Of a DNA stretch of 55,651 bases, positions 1 to 8,319 are shown one piece after another. Source of the stretch: a virus (Duplodnaviria; Caudoviricetes). The notes under the pieces are model-generated. The model made no database searches. It was not told the origin of the DNA and saw only the letters and a program-made list of their open reading frames with translations. Numbering within the stretch: position 1 is the first letter of the stretch; every line of letters begins with the position of its first letter. The translations under genes and the position numbers were made by a program. The stretch is taken from IMG/VR virus record IMGVR_UViG_3300027749_000134, positions 1-55,651 of that record; one strand, 5' to 3'.

Positions 1-1
1 T

Positions 2-1033
2 AAATGTAATACCTCTTATAGAATTATAAAACTGACAATTTTGAATTACAGGATTAACAATATCGTAATTTGATCTAATACAATAATATAATCCGTCAAA
101 TTCACAATTGTCAACTAATAAATTATTCGATGATACTGTTAAATTTTCCGAACTTGGATATCCTCTAAGTTGTATTCCAGAATGTCCACCGTTAACATTA
201 TCTATGGTATCACCGATGACATGATTACCTGCAAATCTAACATCTCTAAAAATAGCATTTTCGGCGCAATCTAAACTCACTAAAGGGCGACATCCTGATA
301 CACCACTTAATAATGGATCATATTGTATGGTAAGACCTTCTATGTGAATGTAGTTAGGTTGAGCACGGCCTGATGATATAGTTCCTGTGTCAAATATTAC
401 ATTACTTCCATTTATATCATTGATGTCAGCATCTCTGGTTAATATAGCATGGCTATCATTTAATGCAATTAAATTAATAATAGTTTTTCCAATTCCTTCT
501 CCAACAATAGTTGTATATGCTGGTAAAAGTAAAGGTTGATCTATATTGTAAACACCTGCTGGAAAATATAAAACTTTGGCACTATGCTTTCCATAAACAG
601 AGCCATCCTTTAAAGGATCAAGAAACAATTTGTCAATGGCATTTTGTATTGTTAATACTTCATTAGCATTGCCTCCCTCACCTACAACACCAAAATCTTT
701 GATATTAACAAAATCATCGAGCTTTTTATTGATATCTCTTATAACCGCAAGACCTGTATCAATATTAGCAGTGATGGGTGGATCTGTATCTGCACGATAG
801 GTGTAGTCAGCAACTGCTGGAGAATTGAATATATTTTCTGTGGGTAGAAGATCGTTCTCTGTTAGAATTCTAACATTGGCATCTCTTGCACCACCGTCAT
901 CTCTGCGTAGACCAATGTATAGATGTTCAGTGTCAGCTGCCCAACCAAATTCTCCACCTGCAAGTGTAGGTATACCTGTTTGATTTTCTTGTCCTCTTCG
1001 GACTTGTATTCTGCTGATTTCCACTACGGCCAT
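2..1033 (-). CDS. Tailspike/tail fibre protein with pectate-lyase-3-like beta-helix start (partial, runs off left edge)
   Basis: Missing from the ORF track because no stop codon lies in the window. ATG at 1033 gives MAVVEISRIQVRRGQENQTGIPTLAGGEFGWAADTEHLYIG (major-tropism-determinant-like N-terminus), then KLDDFVNIKDFGVVGEG...IQNAID...LYFPAGVY...TIVGEG, typical of Pectate_lyase_3 tailspikes. A GAGG SD-like site and a GATAAATA box lie upstream. Confidence 0.75.
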   Translation of the reverse strand, partial: MAVVEISRIQVRRGQENQTGIPTLAGGEFGWAADTEHLYIGLRRDDGGARDANVRILTENDLLPTENIFNSPAVADYTYRADTDPPITANIDTGLAVIRDINKKLDDFVNIKDFGVVGEGGNANEVLTIQNAIDKLFLDPLKDGSVYGKHSAKVLYFPAGVYNIDQPLLLPAYTTIVGEGIGKTIINLIALNDSHAILTRDADINDINGSNVIFDTGTISSGRAQPNYIHIEGLTIQYDPLLSGVSGCRPLVSLDCAENAIFRDVRFAGNHVIGDTIDNVNGGHSGIQLRGYPSSENLTVSSNNLLVDNCEFDGLYYCIRSNYDIVNPVIQNCQFYNSIRGITF

Positions 1034-1072
1034 AATAATATCCCTCGCTATGAGATATTTATCCTGATCAGG

Positions 1073-1774
1073 CTACTTAGTTAGGGCGTAGTATTCTTCT
1101 ACTTTGTTTAACCAAGCATCTTGCCACTTGTTAAAGTCTTTAGGTTCTAATGTGAATTGCTGATATTGCAGATCTCTGCTACACATAAAGATAACGCCCT
1201 TGCGAATAGTGGTGCCATACACTTCATTATGTGCCATTATATACGCCATTAACTGCAAATAATAATCATCAACCCATTCTGCCTTCTTTGGTTTATTAGT
1301 TTGTTTATGATCGCAAACTGCTGGCTCACCTTCGTGTACGCCAATTAAGTCAGTGGTGCCACTGTATAGTCCTGGAAAGTAAAGACTTTGTTCCATTGCC
1401 CAAACTTCACTCATTTTGCTTAGACCATTTTCAATAATGATATCAGCCATTTTGTTAGCTTGTACATGAACTGGATTGCTGCCCGGTTGACGTTGTTCGC
1501 CAATTAAGAAACGTTCCAAATTGGCATGCATGGCTGTACCTACTCCAGCAGCCTCTGTGGTAATTTGCTGTGCCTTGGCATGCCCGATACGATCCCTCCA
1601 TTGATTCAAATGGGTCATATCTTTAGTAGCACCGAGAATAGTAGTTACACTGGGCAACTTCTCACCATCTGGAGTTTGATAAACTCTTTTACGAGTTAAT
1701 GGATCATTGATTTGAACACAGTTTTTATATTGGAAACGCTCGATAAATGCAGGAGGAGTATAGGTTGTTGTCAT
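1073..1774 (-). CDS. PD-(D/E)XK exonuclease (Cas4-like/MGME1-like phage exonuclease)
   Basis: LPSVTTIL, GTAMHANLE, E..L...YSGTTDLIG...VCDHKQ and YYLQLMAY motifs of phage PD-(D/E)XK nucleases. Confidence 0.8.
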   Translation of the reverse strand: MTTTYTPPAFIERFQYKNCVQINDPLTRKRVYQTPDGEKLPSVTTILGATKDMTHLNQWRDRIGHAKAQQITTEAAGVGTAMHANLERFLIGEQRQPGSNPVHVQANKMADIIIENGLSKMSEVWAMEQSLYFPGLYSGTTDLIGVHEGEPAVCDHKQTNKPKKAEWVDDYYLQLMAYIMAHNEVYGTTIRKGVIFMCSRDLQYQQFTLEPKDFNKWQDAWLNKVEEYYALTK

Positions 1775-1783
1775 ATAGTGTTA

Positions 1784-1812
1784 ATTATAACACTACAAGA
1801 CCTATATAGCAA
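1784..1812 (-). promoter_or_regulatory. Sigma70-type promoter for the exonuclease
   Basis: Minus strand TTGCTA-17 nt-TATAAT with extended -10 (TGT TATAAT). The -10 lies within the inverted repeat tagtgtta-N4-taacacta, about 10 nt from the ATG. Confidence 0.65.
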
Positions 1813-2169
1813 CTATTTGGTTATAGTTTTGGCATTCTTGGATGCCATAGCGTCAATAGCAGGACTTGCGCCGCCTGCTTGTTGAGCTTGGTCTTTATTA
1901 GGATTTTGTGCTGTGGTTTTAACTATTACAGATCCATCATCTAATACACTGTCAATAACTGCTTTAGCGCCGGGAACTGTTTCGACCCATTTACGTATTC
2001 CGTCTATGGTGCTAATACCTAAATCGAATCGATCTAACAGATTAATCATTGCAGAAAAAGGCACAGTCAAAGACTGGCCTCTTCCTGCTGATCCTAGTTG
2101 ATTAGCATTACTTTGTAGAATCCTCAGAACGTCGCTTGCGGATCCAAGATCTACTTCAAATAATTTCAT
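1813..2169 (-). CDS. Hypothetical protein (possible head-associated protein)
   Basis: 118-aa ORF abutting the upstream gene, N-terminus MKLFE. Confidence 0.7.
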   Translation of the reverse strand: MKLFEVDLGSASDVLRILQSNANQLGSAGRGQSLTVPFSAMINLLDRFDLGISTIDGIRKWVETVPGAKAVIDSVLDDGSVIVKTTAQNPNKDQAQQAGGASPAIDAMASKNAKTITK

Positions 2170-3585
2170 TTACTTTGCCAATGAGGACATGATGTTATGT
2201 GATTCAGCTAGTTTGCGAGCAAACTTGCTTTCACGCATTTCACGTCCGGTTGTTCCCATACCTGCTGCTGCATCTGCTGCACCAAATTCATCACCAGCTG
2301 GTTCTGGATTCATCTCGTCAGGTGCGCTCATATCCATACCTGGCTCTGCTGGCATTTCTGGTTCCATACCCATTGCTGCATCTGGAGTGGCTTCACCTGC
2401 TAGTGTTGCAACTGCTCCACTTACTGCTTCACGTTGTTGAGTTAGTGTCTCAAGTGTGGCGGATAGTGCTGGTCCAACTGCGGCCTTGAATGCTTCTGCT
2501 TCTTGTGCTCCAAAGTCTGCTTTAATTGCATCAGCTAATTCAATCATTGTTTTAGTTTGATATTGACCAACACGTTGCATCCAACTTGTAAAATCATTAA
2601 CCATATCACCGGCTGCGGTAATAGCCTTGGCTTTACCTTCTTCATCTTCTTGTAGTAAGAATGCCAGACTTTCATTAACAAAACGTACATTGTGTTTGAA
2701 GTTGCTTTCTTCTAATGTACCAGCCTTGGCCTTGTCAGCACGGATCTTACCTGCTACACGTTCACCAGCTTCTTTACTACCATAACGCTTGCCTGCATCT
2801 TTGGCAATCTTTTTAAACATCTTACCTGGTTTGCCTTCATCCTTGCCTTCATACATGCCCATGCACTCTTTGCAATCACAATCCTTAGGATGCTTACCGC
2901 CTTCCTTAACTGGAGTACCTTTTTTATCTTTCAATTTCATTGTATTTGCTGGGCGACGTTCGTCTTCTGGCGGCTTCTTATAATCAGATTGATTGCCATA
3001 AGATTTGCCTTGAACTCGGGTACTTGGCAAATCAGCCATTTTAACTTCTGCAACTTTCTTTTCTTTTGAAGATTTTGTCAAATCGTTTTTACCTTTGCCA
3101 TCTGCTGCAAAAGCTGGGACACTTTTACCATTGACTTTTTTCATTGGCATTGAGCCTTCTTTAAAATTATCACTAGTTGCTTTAGCAATGGCTTTCTTTT
3201 TAGGAACACCACCAGCTGTCATGCGAGCAACTTGAACATCGTCAAAGTCTTTCTTACCATCACCAGTTAGGTCTTTTTTCTTACCTTCGCTTAGTTCCAT
3301 CATTTTGTCACGTAGTTGTTTGATATTTTCGCCTAGCATTTCTTTAATCCTTGTATTAAGCAAGTCCAACATGGCCTTGTCTTTTTGGTATGTTTCGTTG
3401 GTTAGCAAGTCATTGATACCTGCTGAGCCTTCCTGTTGGAAAACACGGGTACGTAATTTATTACGCATGTCTTCTAGTTGTTCTCTTGAATAGTTTTCCA
3501 ACTTAACTCGTACACCGAACATTTTGTTCATGTTTTCGTTGAGTTTGGCACTTGTTAGCGGAGAGTTAAAATCACTTGTTTTCAT
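2170..3585 (-). CDS. Putative prohead core/scaffold or internal head protein
   Basis: 471 aa, charged and low complexity, with many hydrophobic-X-Glu motifs (LSE, FKE, VAE, VKE, LEE, VNE, LQE, MRE, LAE) like T4-type prohead protease sites. CTAAATA box at 3613-3619. Function is inferred. Confidence 0.5.
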   Translation of the reverse strand: MKTSDFNSPLTSAKLNENMNKMFGVRVKLENYSREQLEDMRNKLRTRVFQQEGSAGINDLLTNETYQKDKAMLDLLNTRIKEMLGENIKQLRDKMMELSEGKKKDLTGDGKKDFDDVQVARMTAGGVPKKKAIAKATSDNFKEGSMPMKKVNGKSVPAFAADGKGKNDLTKSSKEKKVAEVKMADLPSTRVQGKSYGNQSDYKKPPEDERRPANTMKLKDKKGTPVKEGGKHPKDCDCKECMGMYEGKDEGKPGKMFKKIAKDAGKRYGSKEAGERVAGKIRADKAKAGTLEESNFKHNVRFVNESLAFLLQEDEEGKAKAITAAGDMVNDFTSWMQRVGQYQTKTMIELADAIKADFGAQEAEAFKAAVGPALSATLETLTQQREAVSGAVATLAGEATPDAAMGMEPEMPAEPGMDMSAPDEMNPEPAGDEFGAADAAAGMGTTGREMRESKFARKLAESHNIMSSLAK

Positions 3586-3615
3586 AGTTAATCCCGGAAA
3601 GATTGATAATATTAT

Positions 3616-4089
3616 TTAGTTAAATTGCATAAGTTTATTAAAACTTCTCATCACGGTTTTGAGATGTTGTTCCTTCTTATACCTATCTATTTTAGCCTTG
3701 GTATACATAACATCAGCACGATCTATCATTTTAGTTTTTATATTCTTGTCAGCCAACTTAGTATGTAGTTCTTCATTAAACAATGAATATCCATAATTTG
3801 TATCAGCATCTACAACTTCATCATCGATGTATTTGCCTAATGCTAGTCTATTAGCTATTACTGCTGCTGTTTGTGGGAGATTAATTTTGTCTAGGATTAC
3901 TTCTTTTTCGAAGTCTAAAATGCAATAAAACCCATCTTTTTTTCGTTTAATTGCATAGTTTCCTACGTTAATGGTGCCATCTTTGCTTCTAATAGGCATG
4001 ACTACACCTTGTTGTAATAATTTTGATTTAGCGTCTTTGCTGAGTTTTTCTATTGTTGAATAGACATCATTAGGCAGTTGTTGTTTCAT
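3616..4089 (-). CDS. Hypothetical phage protein
   Basis: 157-aa ORF in an overlapping gene chain. Confidence 0.7.
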   Translation of the reverse strand: MKQQLPNDVYSTIEKLSKDAKSKLLQQGVVMPIRSKDGTINVGNYAIKRKKDGFYCILDFEKEVILDKINLPQTAAVIANRLALGKYIDDEVVDADTNYGYSLFNEELHTKLADKNIKTKMIDRADVMYTKAKIDRYKKEQHLKTVMRSFNKLMQFN

Positions 4090-4282
4090 CTAGTTTCTTT
4101 ACCATTGTTCGGTTATCATTACTTATCGAGTAAATTCCCTTGCGGACAAGGTTTTGAGCCAACCAAAGGTCGTGCTCATCCAAACTGGTAATAGATACAT
4201 TATCCTTATGTCTATTGACAAAAGATTGTTCTTCATTGGTAAGAACAATATGCATCCCTGATAATAACTGCCCTATTTTCAT
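4070..4282 (-). CDS. Hypothetical protein (small, possibly winged-helix-like)
   Basis: 70 aa, ATGA overlap with the upstream gene, LAQNLVRKGIY motif. Confidence 0.65.
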   Translation of the reverse strand: MKIGQLLSGMHIVLTNEEQSFVNRHKDNVSITSLDEHDLWLAQNLVRKGIYSISNDNRTMVKKLDETTTA

Positions 4283-4626
4283 ACTCTAGGTGGTTGCTGC
4301 ATTTGCTGCTGCATCTGTTGTTGTTTTTGTTTTAGACCTACGATCTGTGCTGCAATCTTATCAAGGTCTGTCATTGTGGTTTGCATACCTTGTTGTAGTG
4401 CAGGATTAGGTGCTGGTGCTGTAGTAGGTGCTCCAGTAGCAGGAGCAGGTGTTGTACCAGTAGCAGGAGCAGGTTGTTGTCCAGGAGTAGCAGGAGTTTG
4501 TCCCGGAGTCACTGGTGGAGTTGTTCCTGGTTGATCAGATGGTTGATTTGGTGGGATGTTGGGTTTAGCAATAGGTTGTGTGCTTGAACCAAAAGGCACT
4601 GCTTCTAGTAATTCTTGTATTTTCAT
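4279..4626 (-). CDS. Pro/Thr/Gln-rich disordered protein, possible internal head protein
   Basis: N-terminus MKIQELLE, PAPAT/TPGQ repeats, Gln-rich coiled-coil end. Confidence 0.65.
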   Translation of the reverse strand: MKIQELLEAVPFGSSTQPIAKPNIPPNQPSDQPGTTPPVTPGQTPATPGQQPAPATGTTPAPATGAPTTAPAPNPALQQGMQTTMTDLDKIAAQIVGLKQKQQQMQQQMQQPPRV

Positions 4627-4627
4627 T

Positions 4628-4948
4628 TTATTTTAGGATACTTAATAATGTATCGCCATGTGCTGTAATCCATCCTAATGCTGCTATTGCGCCTGCACTA
4701 AGATAAACCCATTTTGTTTTGAACTGCTCAAGGTCTTTGATCTTACCTGCTAATTCACTGTGCTGATCAATATTGGCCTTATGCATTACTTCCAGTTGAT
4801 CCATAATGCTATCACGAGTTTTATCTAGACAGTTATGCATTTCTTTGACATCTACTTTAAGATCATCGATCTTTTCTTCAATGTTATCAACTTTTGTTTC
4901 TAATACGCTAACACGTTCTGGAACGGTTGCTAATGCCGATGTGGCCAT
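4628..4948 (-). CDS. Coiled-coil protein with C-terminal transmembrane helix (holin/XhlA-like candidate)
   Basis: Heptad coiled coil ERVSVLETKVDNIEEKIDDL followed by hydrophobic KWVYLSAGAIAALGWI. AAGGAG SD upstream. Confidence 0.5.
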   Translation of the reverse strand: MATSALATVPERVSVLETKVDNIEEKIDDLKVDVKEMHNCLDKTRDSIMDQLEVMHKANIDQHSELAGKIKDLEQFKTKWVYLSAGAIAALGWITAHGDTLLSILK

Positions 4949-4995
4949 CTCAAGTTTCTCCTTTAGGGTGTACGAATTTCCAACTATTATGTTGC

Positions 4996-5421
4996 CTAAA
5001 TTGTGCCTTTGATTGCCTTGATGATGGTATTCTTGGAAGCGCTATCTATTAGTTCGAAAATAGCCTTCTCGATATTTATCGTTTCAGTTAACTTTTCAAC
5101 AACAGGTACACCATGTACATCTTCAAGTAAGCAGCCTATATCGTTATCACCTTTAGCATATGCTCCTGATCTATCAGGGCTAAATCTAAATGTCCATACA
5201 GCTTGTTTGCCTTTGTACTTAGAACCAAATCCTAGATCCTTAACATCTATGACTTGTTTCTCAGGTGAGAAATCATAGGAAATAATTGATCTAAGTTCTG
5301 CACATTGTTTTAATGTTGTAAAGTTTCTATTTTGATCTATTTCAAGTTGTGTACCTTGATTGGGTCTTGATACTCTTGTGTTAGTAATATCTACCAGTGT
5401 TTTTATTTCAATTAGTTGCAT
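4996..5421 (-). CDS. Hypothetical phage protein
   Basis: 141 aa, ATAAATA box at 5439-5445 upstream. Confidence 0.7.
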   Translation of the reverse strand: MQLIEIKTLVDITNTRVSRPNQGTQLEIDQNRNFTTLKQCAELRSIISYDFSPEKQVIDVKDLGFGSKYKGKQAVWTFRFSPDRSGAYAKGDNDIGCLLEDVHGVPVVEKLTETINIEKAIFELIDSASKNTIIKAIKGTI

Positions 5422-5450
5422 AATATACCTATATAATATATTTATGTCGT

Positions 5451-5477
5451 AAAAAAAGGAAGTTAAAAAACTTCCTT
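5451..5477 (-). terminator. Rho-independent terminator
   Basis: Stem aaggaagtt/aacttcctt with a 4-nt loop; the plus-strand A7 run gives a U-tract on the minus strand. Confidence 0.75.
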
Positions 5478-5496
5478 CTTTATTCTTTAATTTATA

Positions 5497-5913
5497 TTAA
5501 AGAGCAACTCCACGGATCTCTGCTGCTACAGTAGTATTAGCATTGTCATATCCTTGCAATGCACCTGTAACAGTGGCCATAGCAACAATAGCTTGTTGGC
5601 AAGCAAGAGCAAAAGTTTCAGTATCATCATCACCGTCATAGTCTTGTGTACCAAATGCACCACCTAATGCTGCTACAGCAATAGATAATGTTGTGTTACT
5701 AGATGAATATCTAGGAGTACCAATGATTTCAATACTGGCTATCTTAGCAATAGCATCTAATGCTTGTACCACTGGACTTTGAACGCCTGCAACTCTTCCT
5801 AGGTTATCAGTTAAATCTGCACTAGGAAATGTAATTGTTACAAACTGTAGTGTAACACCATTTTTATATGCTGGTGCAATTAACGTTTCATGTGTTTTTG
5901 TAATTCCTGTCAT
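5497..5913 (-). CDS. Small Ala/Gly-rich putative structural protein, paralog 3
   Basis: Start reassigned to ATG at 5913 (MTGITKTHETLIAP), which has a GGAG SD and CTAAATA at 5936-5942. Clear paralog of 6002-6412 (APxYKNGVxLQ..T.TFPS; SPVV.A.DAIA..ASIEI.GT). Confidence 0.7.
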   Translation of the reverse strand: MTGITKTHETLIAPAYKNGVTLQFVTITFPSADLTDNLGRVAGVQSPVVQALDAIAKIASIEIIGTPRYSSSNTTLSIAVAALGGAFGTQDYDGDDDTETFALACQQAIVAMATVTGALQGYDNANTTVAAEIRGVAL

Positions 5914-5958
5914 AATAAATATCTCCGATTGTTTATATTTAGCAAGTTTACTCAAAGG

Positions 5959-5982
5959 AAAAGGGAGTTAAAAACTCCCTTT
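5959..5982 (-). terminator. Rho-independent terminator
   Basis: Stem aaagggagtt/aactcccttt, similar in sequence to the 5451-5477 terminator. Confidence 0.7.
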
Positions 5983-6001
5983 AATATCACTAATTTTTAA
6001 A

Positions 6002-6412
6002 TTATAGTGTAATTGCTGCTACTGCACAGCTAGCCAAGTTCACACCTTGATGTGTACCGGCAGCCTGTACTAAACGTGTCAAGTAAGCAGCAAAATCTTC
6101 GCTGTCTGTACCATCCCACTTAGCTGTACCAAAGTCGCCACCAGCTGCGGCTACTGCGAAACGCATATCACGTCCAACACCACCAATGCTTAGATTTTGT
6201 ACTGTACCAAAAATCTCAATGCTAGCAGCTTGAGCAATTGCGTCAAACGCAACTACAACAGGGCTACGTGGAGTACTTGGATAGTTTGTATAGTCTGTGT
6301 CTAATTTAGCAGCCACTGTGCTTGGAAATGTTAGTGTGAACCACTGTAGACTTACACCATTCTTATAAAACGGTGCTACGATCGTTTCATTCTTTTTTGT
6401 TAATGTTGCCAT
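6002..6412 (-). CDS. Small Ala/Gly-rich putative structural protein, paralog 2
   Basis: 136 aa, AGGAG SD, own late box and terminator, paralogous to 5497-5913. Confidence 0.75.
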   Translation of the reverse strand: MATLTKKNETIVAPFYKNGVSLQWFTLTFPSTVAAKLDTDYTNYPSTPRSPVVVAFDAIAQAASIEIFGTVQNLSIGGVGRDMRFAVAAAGGDFGTAKWDGTDSEDFAAYLTRLVQAAGTHQGVNLASCAVAAITL

Positions 6413-6432
6413 TATATTTTCTCCTGATCTTG

Positions 6433-6482
6433 TTTTTTAAGTTTCCCTATGAAACTTTGTATGCTTTTATTTATCAGTTTTG
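6433..6482 (-). repeat. 50-bp leader/promoter repeat, copy 1
   Basis: Identical to 6950-6999. Contains the GATAAATA box and the hairpin aagtttc-N5-gaaactt. Confidence 0.9.
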
Positions 6483-6485
6483 GTC

Positions 6486-6514
6486 AAAAAGAAAGGGGAT
6501 AATAATCCCCTTTC
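6486..6514 (-). terminator. Rho-independent terminator
   Basis: Stem gaaaggggat/atcccctttc, loop aata, U-tract on the minus strand. Confidence 0.75.
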
Positions 6515-6531
6515 AATATGTCTACTTAGTA

Positions 6532-6927
6532 TTAAGCAGAGAATGTGCCTGCGTTTGTAAGTGTTGTATAAGTATTTACAGTTAATTTGTCAACTGTAGT
6601 AATACCTGCTAGAACAACCGCATCCTTCAATGCACCATATGCACCGGAAGTAGTTGCACCAGCACCAGCATTGAAGCTAGGGCCATCAACGATACATGTG
6701 AAGTAATGAGCATCTGTACGAGCGCCAAGCCATACAATGCTGCCCAATGATTCTACAGCCTCAACAGCTTTAGTATAACCACCTTTAGTGATTGCACCAG
6801 TAGTGCCGCTAACTGTATCTGCTGTGAAAGCAGCAGAATCGGAATCAGTAATCTTAATTACTAGTGGGGAATAACCGTAAAATGCACCGGCTGCTACAGC
6901 GCCGTGTTTTCTATCTAATGAAGCCAT
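6532..6927 (-). CDS. Small Ala/Gly/Thr-rich putative structural protein, paralog 1 (divergent)
   Basis: 131 aa, AGGAG SD, same size, composition and regulatory layout as its two neighbours. Sequence similarity to them is weak. Confidence 0.7.
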   Translation of the reverse strand: MASLDRKHGAVAAGAFYGYSPLVIKITDSDSAAFTADTVSGTTGAITKGGYTKAVEAVESLGSIVWLGARTDAHYFTCIVDGPSFNAGAGATTSGAYGALKDAVVLAGITTVDKLTVNTYTTLTNAGTFSA

Positions 6928-6949
6928 TTTTAAATCTCCTAATCTTATT

Positions 6950-6999
6950 TTTTTTAAGTTTCCCTATGAAACTTTGTATGCTTTTATTTATCAGTTTTG
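6950..6999 (-). repeat. 50-bp leader/promoter repeat, copy 2
   Basis: Identical to 6433-6482. Confidence 0.9.
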
Positions 7000-7023
7000 A
7001 AAAAAACTTATATAACCAGACGC

Positions 7024-7323
7024 TTAATCGTCGTTTTTAACATCACCGTCGATGACTTTTAGATGTTTGGCAACTTCTTTGTTATCTCTAAGTCTACGTA
7101 TACTGCGTGTAAACTTGCTAGGATCGCTGCCTTTGATGCTGTTAATTAGTCTACGTTCTAACTCATAGGCATCTTCGGTAGAGAAATTTTCTCTGATTAG
7201 AGTTAATAGGTTAATAGCGCTATCAATTACATGAGTAGCCCTGGCTTCTATGATGGCCTCACTGTTCTTCTTTTCCGTTATGGAATTGAGTTCTTCTAAT
7301 AGGCTACGTGTTGTTCGTTTCAA
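7024..7323 (-). CDS. Hypothetical helical phage protein
   Basis: 99 aa, TTG start with AAGGA SD, CTAAATA at 7345-7351. Confidence 0.7.
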   Translation of the reverse strand: MKRTTRSLLEELNSITEKKNSEAIIEARATHVIDSAINLLTLIRENFSTEDAYELERRLINSIKGSDPSKFTRSIRRLRDNKEVAKHLKVIDGDVKNDD

Positions 7324-7386
7324 GATGTCATCCTTGTTATATGATATTTAGTAGATTGTAGCACATATGTTTGGAAAAATAAAGTC

Positions 7387-7416
7387 TTGCGAAATTGTGC
7401 AGTTGCAGCATAAAAT
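7387..7416 (+). promoter_or_regulatory. Sigma70-like promoter with TGCA-GT-TGCA palindromic box in the spacer
   Basis: TTGCGA-18 nt-TAAAAT. The spacer contains tgcagttgcagca (7398-7410). Confidence 0.45.
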
Positions 7417-7476
7417 AGATAAGTATATTAGTAGAACTACTGAGTCTCTACAATATTTTAACAACAAGGAGAAAAT

Positions 7477-7653
7477 ATGTTAAACCGATTAGCTGAATAC
7501 TTCCACAAGATGTTTCAGAATTTTGATAAGCCACAAACTTATGGAACAGCATTAGAAGCATACATTATGCGTAATTCACCACAGAGCGTAGGTGATGTTG
7601 ATAGATTAACTCGTCAGTTTGATCTAAGTCAAGTAAATCATAGAGGATGGTAA
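7477..7653 (+). CDS. Small protein, DUF3563-like candidate (58 aa)
   Basis: Not in the ORF track. AAGGAG SD. MLNRLAEYFHKMFQNFDKPQTYGTALEAYIMRNSPQSVGDVDRLTRQFDLSQVNHRGW; EAY...D.DR..RQFD resembles DUF3563 from memory. Confidence 0.6.
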   Translation: MLNRLAEYFHKMFQNFDKPQTYGTALEAYIMRNSPQSVGDVDRLTRQFDLSQVNHRGW

Positions 7654-7655
7654 TC

Positions 7656-7793
7656 ATGAGAGTACTAAAAGCAATCTACAATTTTTTAGGTGAAGTAGGC
7701 CGTGTACGTGCTGCTACACATCTAGCACACAAGGGCGATCATGCAGGTGCTCAACGAATCATGTCAATGAAAGAATTTAAGGGGTGGATATGA
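7656..7793 (+). CDS. Small basic amphipathic protein (45 aa)
   Basis: MRVLKAIYNFLGEVGRVRAATHLAHKGDHAGAQRIMSMKEFKGWI. Starts 2 nt after the previous stop, GAGG SD. Confidence 0.55.
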   Translation: MRVLKAIYNFLGEVGRVRAATHLAHKGDHAGAQRIMSMKEFKGWI

Positions 7794-7948
7794 ACATCGA
7801 AGAAATTTTTACCCTACACTTTTTGTTTATGATATCACTTATGGTCATACACTTTGTCAAAGAAACATTGACCAACTGGTGGCCTGTTTCTAATGAAGAG
7901 TGGGAGAGATTAAATTATCCTGAACGTTTTAAGAAAAAATGTTCATAA
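7790..7948 (+). CDS. Small membrane protein (52 aa)
   Basis: ATGA overlap. MNIEEIFTLHFLFMISLMVIHFVKETLTNWWPVSNEEWERLNYPERFKKKCS with a hydrophobic N-terminal half. Confidence 0.45.
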   Translation: MNIEEIFTLHFLFMISLMVIHFVKETLTNWWPVSNEEWERLNYPERFKKKCS

Positions 7949-7957
7949 CAGTTGCAA

Positions 7958-7965
7958 TATAAATA
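7958..7965 (+). promoter_or_regulatory. T4-type late promoter TATAAATA
   Basis: Exact consensus upstream of the 8013 gene. Confidence 0.6.
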
Positions 7966-8012
7966 ACAATGCAGTACAATTACTGCTTACACACATACAC
8001 AAGGAAATAAAA

Positions 8013-8294
8013 ATGTTTAATAAACTATTCGCACCGTATCTAACACTTGAAGCACATATTGATGCTTTCCAACAAACCAAGCGAGGCCTAACAGATAAGA
8101 TCATTACAGATCCTACGCTGAACAAGGCCGCACACGAATACATCGATGCTCAGACTGAATTTGCTAAAATGTTAGCACACAACTTCACTGACATCGCCAA
8201 GTATTCTGTAGACTCTATTACTAATAAATGGTTTCCTAAGAATGAAGAAGTAGCCCAGGCTAAGGCTACACGTAGCAAACGTGCTACTGCCTAA
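8013..8294 (+). CDS. Phasin-like amphipathic helical protein (candidate)
   Basis: 93 aa, all-helical (HIDAFQQTKR...YIDAQTEFAKML), AAGGA SD after a CA-rich leader. The phasin resemblance is unverified. Confidence 0.5.
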   Translation: MFNKLFAPYLTLEAHIDAFQQTKRGLTDKIITDPTLNKAAHEYIDAQTEFAKMLAHNFTDIAKYSVDSITNKWFPKNEEVAQAKATRSKRATA

Positions 8295-8319
8295 GACATA
8301 CACACACAAGGAGAAAATT

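Noticed and set aside
5914-5955. Longer N-terminus of the 5497 gene given by the track
   Set aside because: The extension spans the promoter box and SD, and paralog alignment supports the ATG at 5913. Similar reasoning (SD position) favours 8320 over 8281.
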